The notes under the pieces are model-generated. The model made no database searches, was not told the DNA's origin, and saw nothing but the letters and a program-made list of their open reading frames with translations. From sequence record PZ452579.1: a stretch of 64,000 nt of DNA. One strand, written 5' to 3'. The stretch is from a phage. This document shows, one piece after another, positions 30,875 to 40,144 of this stretch. Each line of letters starts with the position of its first letter. Position 1 is the stretch's first letter. A program made the position numbers and the translations under genes.

Positions 30875-31330
30875 TTAAGCTTTACGAGGAGACACGTAGC
30901 GAGTGATTTCAGATTCTTTAACAACTCGGAAGTCACCTAAGAATACGATATTGTATAACTTTTCACCATCTTCAACCCATTGGTCACTAATGAAGCCACA
31001 CATAGTATCAGTTTTGCTTGGATAACCGTATTCATCGATGAAGTCAAATTCTTTATCAGTCTGGAATTCAACACCTTTGCAAAGGGCCCATTTGAACTGT
31101 ACATTAGGTTCAGTAGAAGCAAAATGAGCGCTCACATGAGTTTCCAAGAATTTAGGACTTACGTAAGCGTACTGAGTTTCAGTTTTTCCAGAACTAGGAA
31201 TGATTCGAACTTTAACTTCTTTAACACGACCAGTACCATTAGTACGAAGTCCTACCACTTCAACTAGACGACCTGCAGCTTTAGAACGAGATGCAGACGA
31301 TACACGCTTAATTTCACCAATAGTAATCAT
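30875..31330 (-). CDS. paralog B of tandem family
   Basis: Start set at internal ATG (MITIGEIKRVSSASRSKAAGRLVEV...) aligning with paralog A; track ORF extends to 31393 across a promoter-like element. Confidence 0.55.
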   Translation of the reverse strand: MITIGEIKRVSSASRSKAAGRLVEVVGLRTNGTGRVKEVKVRIIPSSGKTETQYAYVSPKFLETHVSAHFASTEPNVQFKWALCKGVEFQTDKEFDFIDEYGYPSKTDTMCGFISDQWVEDGEKLYNIVFLGDFRVVKESEITRYVSPRKA

Positions 31331-31392
31331 AATTTCTCTCTCTTTGTTTAAATTGAATTCACTATACTCCATCCATCCTTGGATGTACAACA

Positions 31393-31887
31393 TTAATTAA
31401 GGATATTAACCACAGCACTACGTGGAACTACACTAAAATCACCTGCATGAACAACGTTCAGAAGTTCAACACCGTCTTCAATCCACTGATCGGTTACCCA
31501 TCCACTCACTGGTCCTGCGAACGGACGTCGAATTGAAACAGCTTTACACAACAAATCAGTAGGCTCAATAGGCTTAATCAGAGTACCGTACATACAAGCG
31601 ATATCCATATCAATACAGATGTCTTTAACGGGTTCTACTTCTTCAATCAACAGTTCAAAGTCGGTGTTTGGAAGGGCGGTAGTAGAAATTGTACCGTATG
31701 AATTTTTAATTTCTAAGAATAACCAAGGGCCTTCAGCTTGTTTGATGAAGTTAACAATAGTGAAACTATTACCTTGAGTGGCGCCTAAAATTTCACAAAA
31801 CTTTTCATACGCTCGCACTGAAGCACCGTACCAGTTGATTTGTTTTTCGTCTTTCAGGATGTAAGTAGCCGTAGTATTGATATTCAT
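31393..31887 (-). CDS. paralog C of tandem family
   Basis: 164 aa; C-terminal GWVTDQWIEDGVELLNVVHAGDFSVVPR. Confidence 0.6.
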   Translation of the reverse strand: MNINTTATYILKDEKQINWYGASVRAYEKFCEILGATQGNSFTIVNFIKQAEGPWLFLEIKNSYGTISTTALPNTDFELLIEEVEPVKDICIDMDIACMYGTLIKPIEPTDLLCKAVSIRRPFAGPVSGWVTDQWIEDGVELLNVVHAGDFSVVPRSAVVNILN

Positions 31888-31918
31888 AATGTTTTTCCTG
31901 TTTGGTTAAGATAGAAAG

Positions 31919-31948
31919 ATTATACTCCAACCATCCTTGGTTGTAAAC
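31919..31948 (-). promoter_or_regulatory. T4-type early promoter upstream of paralog C
   Basis: minus strand GTTTAC, 18 nt, TATAAT; spacer contains palindrome CAACCA-aggA-TGGTTG. Confidence 0.5.
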
Positions 31949-31953
31949 TGGTT

Positions 31954-32631
31954 TTATCGCTGTTTTACACTTAACGGGTCAGGATTCTCAGGGACATCTT
32001 CAAGGCCAAGCGCATAACGCTGAGCATATTTTAACATCAAAATATCTTTAGCACAATCATGAATACTATCATGGGCAACGAATCCTTTTAGCGTACCCAT
32101 CGGTAATGGACACATACTTAATCCTCGTGTCAACGAGTAAGCTTCGATTGCCGTACGAATATCGCGTTGAGCCCAGAATTTAACCGGTTCTAATTTATCA
32201 GTATCAATCTCTGGTTCAAGAACACCTTCATCACGATAGAGGTCACGAATCAAATCGACCAATATCGGGAAGTCAAAGCTCATACCACGGCACCACATCT
32301 GTGATTTCCATTGGTCAACTTTATTAGCTCGACAATAATCTAAAAAGATTTTAATGCCTTCAAGCGTAGTGACATCGTCTTCAGACGGAGCCAAGTTTTT
32401 ACGCGCTTCAGTCGATTGTTCTTTCCACCATTTCATAGTGGATTTAGCGAAAACTCGCTTCCCTTTCTGAGAAGCTAAATTAAATTTAATTCGCTTACCT
32501 CGTTGAACAAGTTCTTCAAATGATTCAACAACTTCAGGGTCAGAATTATATGCAATAACCGCAAGGTCGATAACAGCCGCTTTTGATGTATTGCCGAATG
32601 TTTCAAAATCTATAATAACATCAGTGCTCAT
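31954..32631 (-). CDS. dexA: exonuclease A (DEDDh family)
   Basis: 225 aa; MSTDVIIDFETFGNTSKAAVIDLAVIAY... matches T4 DexA. Confidence 0.9.
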   Translation of the reverse strand: MSTDVIIDFETFGNTSKAAVIDLAVIAYNSDPEVVESFEELVQRGKRIKFNLASQKGKRVFAKSTMKWWKEQSTEARKNLAPSEDDVTTLEGIKIFLDYCRANKVDQWKSQMWCRGMSFDFPILVDLIRDLYRDEGVLEPEIDTDKLEPVKFWAQRDIRTAIEAYSLTRGLSMCPLPMGTLKGFVAHDSIHDCAKDILMLKYAQRYALGLEDVPENPDPLSVKQR

Positions 32632-32640
32632 AATTTTCTC

Positions 32641-33954
32641 TCAAATAAAATGGACGTCAAAACGACCACGAGTCGTGCCGACATACAATAACTGTTTAGC
32701 TAATTCTGAATCAGCATAATGGATACACGGTGTATAAACAAAGGCCGTGTCAACAGACATACCCTGGGCCTTATGGAAGGTTGATACCGGTAGTGCCTTC
32801 ACCTTAGTGAACATACGTTTAGCATCCCAGAATTCGCTCCATGGGGCTTTACCACCTTTATTCCAGAATTTGTATGTTTCTGCGGTCTTAGCCAAAAACA
32901 AATTGAATTTATAAAGCTCTTCTTCAGAAGAAATAACCTTTATATCTTCGCGGATGTATTCTTCATCATCGCCATATGTTTCTACTGTAAGATTCCAGTA
33001 TCGTATCATATACTCGCCTGAAACACCACGTGCTTTAACGAATGTAGACGTTTCTACAGCATCTCGAATACGAACGAATTGCCCGTTATTGAAAAGCATT
33101 TCGGTCATATTTTTACCATCTAGCTTATATGTCTTAGTAAATGGCTCTTGTAGAACAATGACTTCGTCTTTAATAAATGGTTTTTCTGTTTCAAAAAGTT
33201 TTCGTCGAATAATTGAATTTAACTTGTCCACCGACTTATTTGTGAATGCCATCATTCGATTTTCGAAAAGGTCTTCAGGAGTTTTAACGACGTTAAAATA
33301 GTTCATCATATACGATTTAAGGTCTGTATATCCATGAACACCGTGCCCATCAACTACTTTATCGTAAATCCATTTGCCATTACGAATATCAGTCGCAACA
33401 TCAATAATTGGTGCATTGCTACGTTTAACTTCTGTAAGGTCGCATTGCACGAAGTCTTTGTGAGTGAAGAAAGGACTTAGATACGCAGTTGATTCGCCTG
33501 GGTCTACCGGTCGAATCTGGCATCGGTCACCAATTCCAATTACTGTGCACCATTTAGGGATACTAGCTAACATTATTTTAAACAGAGAACGGTCGCACAT
33601 TGACGCTTCATCAAATAACAGTACACGACACAAGGCTAAGTCGGGAACCTTTTTCTGTTCAAACAATACGTTTTCTTCGTATGTAGTTGGGTTGATTTTA
33701 AGAATGCTATGAATAGTCGATGCTTCTTGACCCGCAAGTTTGCTTAGAACCTTTTTAGCAGCATGTGTAGGGGCTGCTAAAATAATACCTGATTCTCCAG
33801 AAGAAATAAGGGCTTCAACGATGAATCTAGTAAGGGTTGTTTTACCTGTACCAGCGGGACCATTAATAGTTACGTGATGTTTCTTTTCTTTAATAGCGTT
33901 CATAACAACGTTGAAGGCGTTTTTCTGGCCTTCAGTCAAATCATCAAATGTCAT
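32641..33954 (-). CDS. dda: Dda DNA helicase (SF1B)
   Basis: 437 aa; MTFDDLTEGQKNAFNVVMNAIKEKKHHVTINGPAGTGKTTL... matches T4 Dda. Confidence 0.95.
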   Translation of the reverse strand: MTFDDLTEGQKNAFNVVMNAIKEKKHHVTINGPAGTGKTTLTRFIVEALISSGESGIILAAPTHAAKKVLSKLAGQEASTIHSILKINPTTYEENVLFEQKKVPDLALCRVLLFDEASMCDRSLFKIMLASIPKWCTVIGIGDRCQIRPVDPGESTAYLSPFFTHKDFVQCDLTEVKRSNAPIIDVATDIRNGKWIYDKVVDGHGVHGYTDLKSYMMNYFNVVKTPEDLFENRMMAFTNKSVDKLNSIIRRKLFETEKPFIKDEVIVLQEPFTKTYKLDGKNMTEMLFNNGQFVRIRDAVETSTFVKARGVSGEYMIRYWNLTVETYGDDEEYIREDIKVISSEEELYKFNLFLAKTAETYKFWNKGGKAPWSEFWDAKRMFTKVKALPVSTFHKAQGMSVDTAFVYTPCIHYADSELAKQLLYVGTTRGRFDVHFI

Positions 33955-34262
33955 CGTAAAGTCCCTGCAATTGGAATACTAACAATACGGCCTGTGTCCA
34001 GAATTCGTTGATACAATCTTTGCGTCTCCGCATCTAGTTTAACGTGTTTCATTTCAAGCTTATTAAACCAGAACTTACGCGGAGTTTCGACCATTCTTAG
34101 AACTCCCATTTTTAAATCTGTTTTATACTGTGTTTTCAAAGTATCGAAAACTTTATCTGCAATATCCTTTCTAAAAAATACTGCAGGACGATGCTCATCA
34201 AGTGGAACCGGGACAGTAAATCCTTCCATATCTCGATAAACTATTGCATATACATAAACCAT
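33951..34262 (-). CDS. hypothetical protein (dda.1 position)
   Basis: 103-aa ORF, 4-nt overlap with dda. Confidence 0.55.
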   Translation of the reverse strand: MVYVYAIVYRDMEGFTVPVPLDEHRPAVFFRKDIADKVFDTLKTQYKTDLKMGVLRMVETPRKFWFNKLEMKHVKLDAETQRLYQRILDTGRIVSIPIAGTLR

Positions 34263-34264
34263 AA

Positions 34265-35011
34265 TTAACCTTTAATCAGTTGGAATAATGATGCGCTAAG
34301 TGGTAAGCCACGTTTCAATTTTAATTTACCAATGAAACCAATCTTTTCAAAACGTTGCAGACCTTGGATAACTTTATCATATGTATCGAAAAGCGATTCA
34401 GCGTCAGTTAATTTAGTTTTAGTTTTCCAGTCAGAGCCTTTAAGAAGAACGTTGAGTTTAGTAAGTTCATGGCCTTCTGCTTGATGTGAGCCATTAATGC
34501 GTGCTTTCAAAGCAACAATTCTAAGTTTAGATTCGTTAGATAAAGGTTGATTTTTCATCATGTTCGCCATATGCTTAACACGATTTTCACGTTTTGCTCG
34601 GATTTTTAAAATAGTGTCATAAACCTTTTTAATTTGGGCCCATTTCTTCTCGTCGAGATTAAGTTTCTCTACTTTACGGGCAGAAGGATTAGCGATACGT
34701 CTTGCAATGGCATCACGTTTCCTAATAAGTTCTTCTAATGTTAAATCAGAACGAGCCGTGTTATATTTTTTCTTAACTGGGATAACATTACCTTTAATGT
34801 AGCCTATATCATTATTAAAACGTTCTAAGGATAATTTCTCACCTTCAACAGAGTTATTAAAAGATTCACCTGAGTAAGCGCAGACCTTTTGATCAAGAAT
34901 GTTTTTAAGGTAATTAAAGTCTAAGTTAAAATCCTTAGAGCGTCTCTTCGCAGAAGCTCTGGTGTGGTCAAGACGACGATTGATTTTGTTAATTTTATTA
35001 TTTGATAACAT
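34265..35011 (-). CDS. srd: basic protein, Srd-like by position and size
   Basis: 248 aa, Lys/Arg-rich; T4 srd is about 250 aa at this locus. Confidence 0.5.
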   Translation of the reverse strand: MLSNNKINKINRRLDHTRASAKRRSKDFNLDFNYLKNILDQKVCAYSGESFNNSVEGEKLSLERFNNDIGYIKGNVIPVKKKYNTARSDLTLEELIRKRDAIARRIANPSARKVEKLNLDEKKWAQIKKVYDTILKIRAKRENRVKHMANMMKNQPLSNESKLRIVALKARINGSHQAEGHELTKLNVLLKGSDWKTKTKLTDAESLFDTYDKVIQGLQRFEKIGFIGKLKLKRGLPLSASLFQLIKG

Positions 35012-35164
35012 AATATTTTCCTCTGTCTTATGGACGTTAGGTCATTTAGCTGATAAGCTTTATAATATCATGCCCTCAGGTAGTGTACACTCTTTTTTCG
35101 TAAAATGCTTTAATTTTTTATGTGTTATAATGGTTCTGAGTTCCATCCGGTTATTCCAATTCAG

Positions 35165-35773
35165 TCAGTAACTGACAATAGACAGATTCCAGATTGTATA
35201 ACGCCCATCTTGAATAATAGAATCTACACGCAGTGTAGTCCCTATAGGGAGCATAAATTCACATTCGTCAGATATAAGTCTAGCATTAGACCGTCTTGTC
35301 GCTTCAGGGAAAGCTCCATTGAACTCACAAGATGGCGCAGCCAGAATCATGTTAAGCATATGTTCACGGAAGTTGAAAGCAAATGGTGCATCTTTGATGC
35401 AGAACATATTAAATGTTCCGTAAAAATTATACGAAGCAAAGTTACGTGCTACACCGAACACTGGACTGAAGCTCATTACTCTGTCAAATTTAATAATACT
35501 ACCAATGCCTTTATCATCGAGTGTGGCCATAGTTTTCTTAGAGATTCCACGATACATTGTCTCAGGAACAGAAGACGACCAATTTCTACGAACAATTGCA
35601 CTTAAATCTTGTTGGATGCTATCAGGCTTGTTTTCCATACACTGCCACAGTACACTTTGTTCAATGTCGCTGAATTGCTCATCGATTTTGTACTGAAGCA
35701 TATCTTGATAATCTGGACATTGAGCACGACGAACCATTTCTTCAATTTCACACTCGTTATACGGCATAAACAT
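35165..35773 (-). CDS. modA: ADP-ribosyltransferase ModA
   Basis: 202 aa; YRGIS...ECEFMLP arrangement of R / S / ExE ART motifs; paralog of next gene. Confidence 0.8.
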   Translation of the reverse strand: MFMPYNECEIEEMVRRAQCPDYQDMLQYKIDEQFSDIEQSVLWQCMENKPDSIQQDLSAIVRRNWSSSVPETMYRGISKKTMATLDDKGIGSIIKFDRVMSFSPVFGVARNFASYNFYGTFNMFCIKDAPFAFNFREHMLNMILAAPSCEFNGAFPEATRRSNARLISDECEFMLPIGTTLRVDSIIQDGRYTIWNLSIVSY

Positions 35774-35830
35774 TTAGGTTTCTCCTGTGGTTGATAAAGG
35801 TATAGTATCATCGTCTGTAGAGTTTGTACA

Positions 35831-36412
35831 CTAAAAATTCAACATTTTCAAATGAATGATTTTGTATAATCGAGATAAAGGGTCATATTCTAAGTCTTCA
35901 ATTTCCACAATCTCAAATCGAGAGATGCCTGAGACCATGTACTCTTGTTCAGATTCAATCATATCTAGGACGTCAACACGCGTTTCTTCCATAACATGCT
36001 TAGGGTTCTTTCCGGCAAGTACAATGTTAATCATGTTTTGGTAGTAATCAAAAATGAATGGAGCATTCCTGAGACTAAGAATAGTGTACGTCTGATATTC
36101 CCATCTCCCGGAGAATTGACGAGCTGTACTGAAATCAGTTGTGAACGATGTTACTCGTCCAGGAGACCAATGGCATCCAACAGAAAGAAGGGAAAGACGT
36201 TCTACTTCTTCTGGAGTTACACCACGGTAGAGTTCTACTGGTACTGTAGAAGTCATATGCTTACGAACAAGATGGTCTAATTCATAGTGGAAATCCGGGT
36301 CTTCCTTAGAATCGGTGCAAGCCCAGAGAATGTTTTGTTCTTGGCGGGTGAATTTGCTATCAATCAGATTTGTTAGGTATTCGCGTTCTTGAAGTTCAGA
36401 TTGACATGTCAT
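35831..36412 (-). CDS. modB: ADP-ribosyltransferase ModB
   Basis: 193 aa; LYRGVTPEE...EQEYMVSG; parallel motif layout to ModA. Confidence 0.8.
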   Translation of the reverse strand: MTCQSELQEREYLTNLIDSKFTRQEQNILWACTDSKEDPDFHYELDHLVRKHMTSTVPVELYRGVTPEEVERLSLLSVGCHWSPGRVTSFTTDFSTARQFSGRWEYQTYTILSLRNAPFIFDYYQNMINIVLAGKNPKHVMEETRVDVLDMIESEQEYMVSGISRFEIVEIEDLEYDPLSRLYKIIHLKMLNF

Positions 36413-36628
36413 GATAGACCTCCATTTAAAGATAAGCCTATCATAACATGAGAGGAGGGAATGTAAACTACTTTTTAAGCTTTCCTACTAAAGGTCCATC
36501 AGGGCCAGGTTGTTCTAACATGAATAAGGACGCTTTAAAAAGCAATGTCAACCCTTTCACCATTCGATACCATGTCTCAAAGTCTTTTTCCTTGATTTCT
36601 AGTAAGAATTTCTCTTTAAATTTCTCTT

Positions 36629-36817
36629 TCATTTCCAAGGACTCCATGGTGGAGGGTCGTCATAATAAGAGGCAAGGTCTTTCAGGGCTTCAACAGGTAA
36701 ACTAAAGCCGTGTCGTTGTATAATACTATCTAGTTCATCAACAAGTTCACTACGATGCACTTTAGGAGCCTCAACTTCAGGCTCGTCAAACATACTCATA
36801 AGGTCCATATTATTCAC
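36629..36817 (-). CDS. hypothetical protein
   Basis: 62-aa acidic ORF. Confidence 0.4.
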   Translation of the reverse strand: MNNMDLMSMFDEPEVEAPKVHRSELVDELDSIIQRHGFSLPVEALKDLASYYDDPPPWSPWK

Positions 36818-37274
36818 CTAAATAAAAACTAGGCTGCTCGGAGAATGTTTCTAGCGCTACACCTTTTGTCTTAAAAAATTTCCAAATAGCTCGTTGCAAA
36901 TGGATTAAATCTGCTAATGATGTAATAAAGTATTTTTTGGCAAAATACTTGTGGTCTCGCTTTTCAAACAAGTCTAAACGCTTTTCAGGATTCGCATAAA
37001 CGGCATTTTCCGTAGATTCATAACCTAAGTCCTTTATGCCTTCTTCAAGACTAAACGGAGAATTTTTAGAATGAGTAATAGCTCCAACTCGCTCTACACG
37101 AATTTTGTAACCTTTAGGAATCTGCAATTTGCAGAATTCTTCTACGATATATTGCGGATTATTTAGACTTTTGTTAATGAGAATAGCTATTTCTAGTGGA
37201 GTCTTATCTTCCACTGGTATATGTTTAAATGACTTGGCTTCAAGCAAATACATTTTAAATAACATAGCATCCAT
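36810..37274 (-). CDS. hypothetical protein (mrh position)
   Basis: 154-aa ORF. Confidence 0.5.
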   Translation of the reverse strand: MDAMLFKMYLLEAKSFKHIPVEDKTPLEIAILINKSLNNPQYIVEEFCKLQIPKGYKIRVERVGAITHSKNSPFSLEEGIKDLGYESTENAVYANPEKRLDLFEKRDHKYFAKKYFITSLADLIHLQRAIWKFFKTKGVALETFSEQPSFYLGE

Positions 37275-37453
37275 TATAATTTCCTCGATGGTTCACCCAT
37301 ATAAAGTTTTACAATACGTTCGCCTTCATCTTCGACGAGCTTTTCTTCATGTTTCTGGAATTCTTTAGCCATATTCTCTTCAAGAACATCCAGCCAATCT
37401 TCTGGACCGACACCATCGTCCCAGCTTTTAAACCATTTAACTATCTTGTTCAT
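37274..37453 (-). CDS. hypothetical protein
   Basis: Start set at internal ATG 37453, which overlaps the upstream stop as ATGA; 59 aa. Confidence 0.45.
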   Translation of the reverse strand: MNKIVKWFKSWDDGVGPEDWLDVLEENMAKEFQKHEEKLVEDEGERIVKLYMGEPSRKL

Positions 37454-37650
37454 TCGCAGCTCCCTGAGCTTGAACCACAATCAGAATAACTTGACCCAGA
37501 ATCACCAGGCCAAGACGATACGTATGAATGATTATAACTTGAAGAGCTTGAAGCATTAACATGTTTTGTTTTTGGACGAACAACTTCTTCCATCATTCCG
37601 TCACCGATATATTCCCAACTTTTTTCGTGTGTATCAGGAATAGGCATCAT
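37450..37650 (-). CDS. small protein with Ser/Gly/Cys-rich tail
   Basis: Start set at ATG 37650 (SD GAAGGT); MMPIPDTHEKSWEYIG...ASSSSSYNHSYVSSWPGDSGSSYSDCGSSSGSCE. Confidence 0.4.
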   Translation of the reverse strand: MMPIPDTHEKSWEYIGDGMMEEVVRPKTKHVNASSSSSYNHSYVSSWPGDSGSSYSDCGSSSGSCE

Positions 37651-37663
37651 ACCTTCGCCTGGC

Positions 37664-37891
37664 TTAACAGCAAACAACTTCTTCAGTATCGTAAGCATTA
37701 ATTGTTCCTCGAACAAAACGAACACCACCATCATCCCAACGGATTTCGGCATTAAATTTGACGTCTTCACCATCCATCATGAATGAGTGTACGACTACAT
37801 CATCATAATATCCAAGACCGTATTTCAACGAAACTTCTTGAGCAATCAAAGCACCTAATGTGTTATTAGGTTTAATCCAACGATTTACCAT
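37664..37891 (-). CDS. hypothetical protein
   Basis: 75-aa ORF. Confidence 0.45.
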   Translation of the reverse strand: MVNRWIKPNNTLGALIAQEVSLKYGLGYYDDVVVHSFMMDGEDVKFNAEIRWDDGGVRFVRGTINAYDTEEVVCC

Positions 37892-37957
37892 ATTGTTCTC
37901 CTCTTGAGTAAGTAAGAATATCTTAACACAGTTTTTAGTGGTTGTAAACTATAGAAA

Positions 37958-37987
37958 CAAAAAAAAAAAGGAATCCCGAAGGATTCC
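37958..37987 (-). terminator. strong rho-independent terminator
   Basis: GGAATCC-ttcg-GGATTCC hairpin followed by an 11-T run on minus strand. Confidence 0.75.
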
Positions 37988-37996
37988 TTAAATTAT

Positions 37997-38233
37997 TTAA
38001 CCACTTACTGGTGTAGGGGTAAACATTGCAGCGTTCTTAGTTTTCCAGTCAGCTGCATCAGAAACTACAGTAGAATATGCCGCCTTTTCAGAAGGAAAGG
38101 TCTGATAATGAGAATCTGCAATCCGATGTTCGTTTGAATAAATTTCAAACGGTACAGAAACTTCCATACCTTTAACTTCTTTGCCTTCACCAGCCGGACG
38201 TGTAAAGGTTTTGATATTAACGTAACCACCCAT
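37997..38233 (-). CDS. soc: small outer capsid protein Soc
   Basis: 78 aa; ...GYVNIKTF...HYQTFPSEKAAYSTV... matches T4 Soc. Confidence 0.9.
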   Translation of the reverse strand: MGGYVNIKTFTRPAGEGKEVKGMEVSVPFEIYSNEHRIADSHYQTFPSEKAAYSTVVSDAADWKTKNAAMFTPTPVSG

Positions 38234-38278
38234 AATTAACTCCTTTGTTGTTTAATTACAGGTGTATTTATAACTCAA

Positions 38279-38800
38279 TCAGTAACCATTATCCTGACGT
38301 TCAAAGTTGTGTTGGTTTTTCAAGTAGTAAAGTTTAAAGATTTCTTCAGCAGAAAGACCCAGACCTTGGAACATATTCAGAACAAAGTGGAGGATATCAA
38401 TCATTTCAAATTTAATTTCAAGCTGGTCTTCAGGAGACAGTTCATCGATACGACGATTTCGATATTCAGTATGTTGTGCTTTCCAAGGCTTCCATACAGA
38501 GCTAGCGGCTTTTTCACCATTGCTCATACCGCCGAGAGAAGTCAGCAGTTCACGGAATTCATCATCAATATAATCTTTCTGATTACGCAGCCAATCAACA
38601 ACATCACCGGCAGTAGCCAATTCATCAGGATGTTTGTTATGTTCAGGCTTGTCATTTGCCAGACGAACCTGTAAAGATTTCTGCATATCAAGCATTACCT
38701 GCAGTGGGTCTTTATCTTCGTGAATAAGAGCATTAAAATAAGCTTCTTCTGCTTTATCAACACCAGAAATAAGTTGTGAACATTCGTTAAAGTGCGCCAT
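38279..38800 (-). CDS. 56: dCTP pyrophosphatase gp56 (MazG-like)
   Basis: Start at ATG 38800 (MAHFNECSQLISGVDKAEE...; SD AAGGAAA); the track's longer ORF begins at an upstream TTG. Confidence 0.9.
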   Translation of the reverse strand: MAHFNECSQLISGVDKAEEAYFNALIHEDKDPLQVMLDMQKSLQVRLANDKPEHNKHPDELATAGDVVDWLRNQKDYIDDEFRELLTSLGGMSNGEKAASSVWKPWKAQHTEYRNRRIDELSPEDQLEIKFEMIDILHFVLNMFQGLGLSAEEIFKLYYLKNQHNFERQDNGY

Positions 38801-38888
38801 TATTTTTCCTTTCAATTCAGTATAAGAGAGTTAATTCTAACATTAATTTTATAAAGCGTAATAAATAATAGGTAACTAAGGAGATATT

Positions 38889-39086
38889 ATGTTTAAACTT
38901 CCATCGTTAATCAACGCTATTAAAGGCAATAAAAAGAAAACTGCTATCGCTGCAATAGTTGTAGGTGGCATTATTTCATGGAACTTCGGGATTGCACCAT
39001 TGTTAGTTGCCCATGGTATTATAGTTCCTTCTGTTCCATTGGATACTGTAGTTGATTTGGCCTTTGCTATTATAGGGCTTGTTTAA
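38889..39086 (+). CDS. small hydrophobic protein on opposite strand
   Basis: 65 aa MFKLPSLINAIKGNKKKTAIAAIVVGGIISWNFGIAPLLVAHGIIVPS...; strong SD AAGGAGA; converges on primase gene with 4-nt overlap. Confidence 0.5.
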   Translation: MFKLPSLINAIKGNKKKTAIAAIVVGGIISWNFGIAPLLVAHGIIVPSVPLDTVVDLAFAIIGLV

Positions 39087-40105
39087 ATCTTCGAATAACG
39101 AGATAATCTCATTTTAGCATGCAACCCACTTGAAATATTCTGTTTCATATATTCTAAAATTTCTTGTGGTGTTGCATTTTCTTTCATTACCATATCATTC
39201 ACATCCTTTGATCTCCATGGAGCTCGATCCCAGAACATGACACGTTCGCCTGCATCAACTAATCGCTTCATACGAGCTATAGTATCCGGATGCCTAGGTT
39301 CATTATCCATTACCCATACCCGACGTTCTTTAAATGGTACCACATCTAAATCTATTGAGCCGCCTGTAATAGCGATTGCATTGGGTATGAATAAACTATC
39401 AATAGGACCTTCCATTACCCAGACGTCTCCTTCCTTAACACGTTCAACACCATAAATTTTTGTTGCAGACTCAAACGCTTTAATAGTGATATATTTCTGA
39501 GGAGCATCTTTACGAAGTGCACGTCCTTGGAATGACTCGGCCTTCCCATCTTTATTAAAAATAGGAATCACTAAACGCGGTTCAGGAATCTCTTTCTTAT
39601 ACGTACCCGGTTGAATCTTGTTGACCAATTTAGGCCATTCTAATGTGAACCATAATCTGTTCCATGATTCTTTAGGAATACACCGAGACTTAACATATTT
39701 CACAATAGGATGCTCTTCAGGCAGCTTGTCCAGACGAGAACAAGACGGCAAAGAATTTATAGTCTTTTTCTCCGGTTCTGGTTTATGTTCAGGAACCTTT
39801 TCAATCTTTGGTTCCATTCTAGCTTTTTCTTTACGAACTTCCATTAGATATTCGCGATAAAGCTCTTCATCATACTCTTTTAAGTATCCGGAAATTGTAT
39901 TGTGGTATTGACAATTATAGCAATGTACATTACCAGGAGTACCACCGTAATACCATCCGCGGGCTTTCATTGCATCTGTCTGAGAGTCGCCACAAACTGG
40001 ACAACGAAACGTTAATTTAAATGTGCTTGAATTATTGATTTGTCTAAAACGAGGGAGGTGAGAAAACGCACGATAAGCAAATTCATTATCTATCCATTCA
40101 GCCAT
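39083..40105 (-). CDS. 61: DNA primase gp61
   Basis: 340 aa; zinc ribbon CPVCGDS...CYNC and TOPRIM region; matches T4 gp61. Confidence 0.95.
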   Translation of the reverse strand: MAEWIDNEFAYRAFSHLPRFRQINNSSTFKLTFRCPVCGDSQTDAMKARGWYYGGTPGNVHCYNCQYHNTISGYLKEYDEELYREYLMEVRKEKARMEPKIEKVPEHKPEPEKKTINSLPSCSRLDKLPEEHPIVKYVKSRCIPKESWNRLWFTLEWPKLVNKIQPGTYKKEIPEPRLVIPIFNKDGKAESFQGRALRKDAPQKYITIKAFESATKIYGVERVKEGDVWVMEGPIDSLFIPNAIAITGGSIDLDVVPFKERRVWVMDNEPRHPDTIARMKRLVDAGERVMFWDRAPWRSKDVNDMVMKENATPQEILEYMKQNISSGLHAKMRLSRYSKI

Positions 40106-40144
40106 AGTATTCTCCAGAGGCCTTAAATTAATAAGGCCATCATA

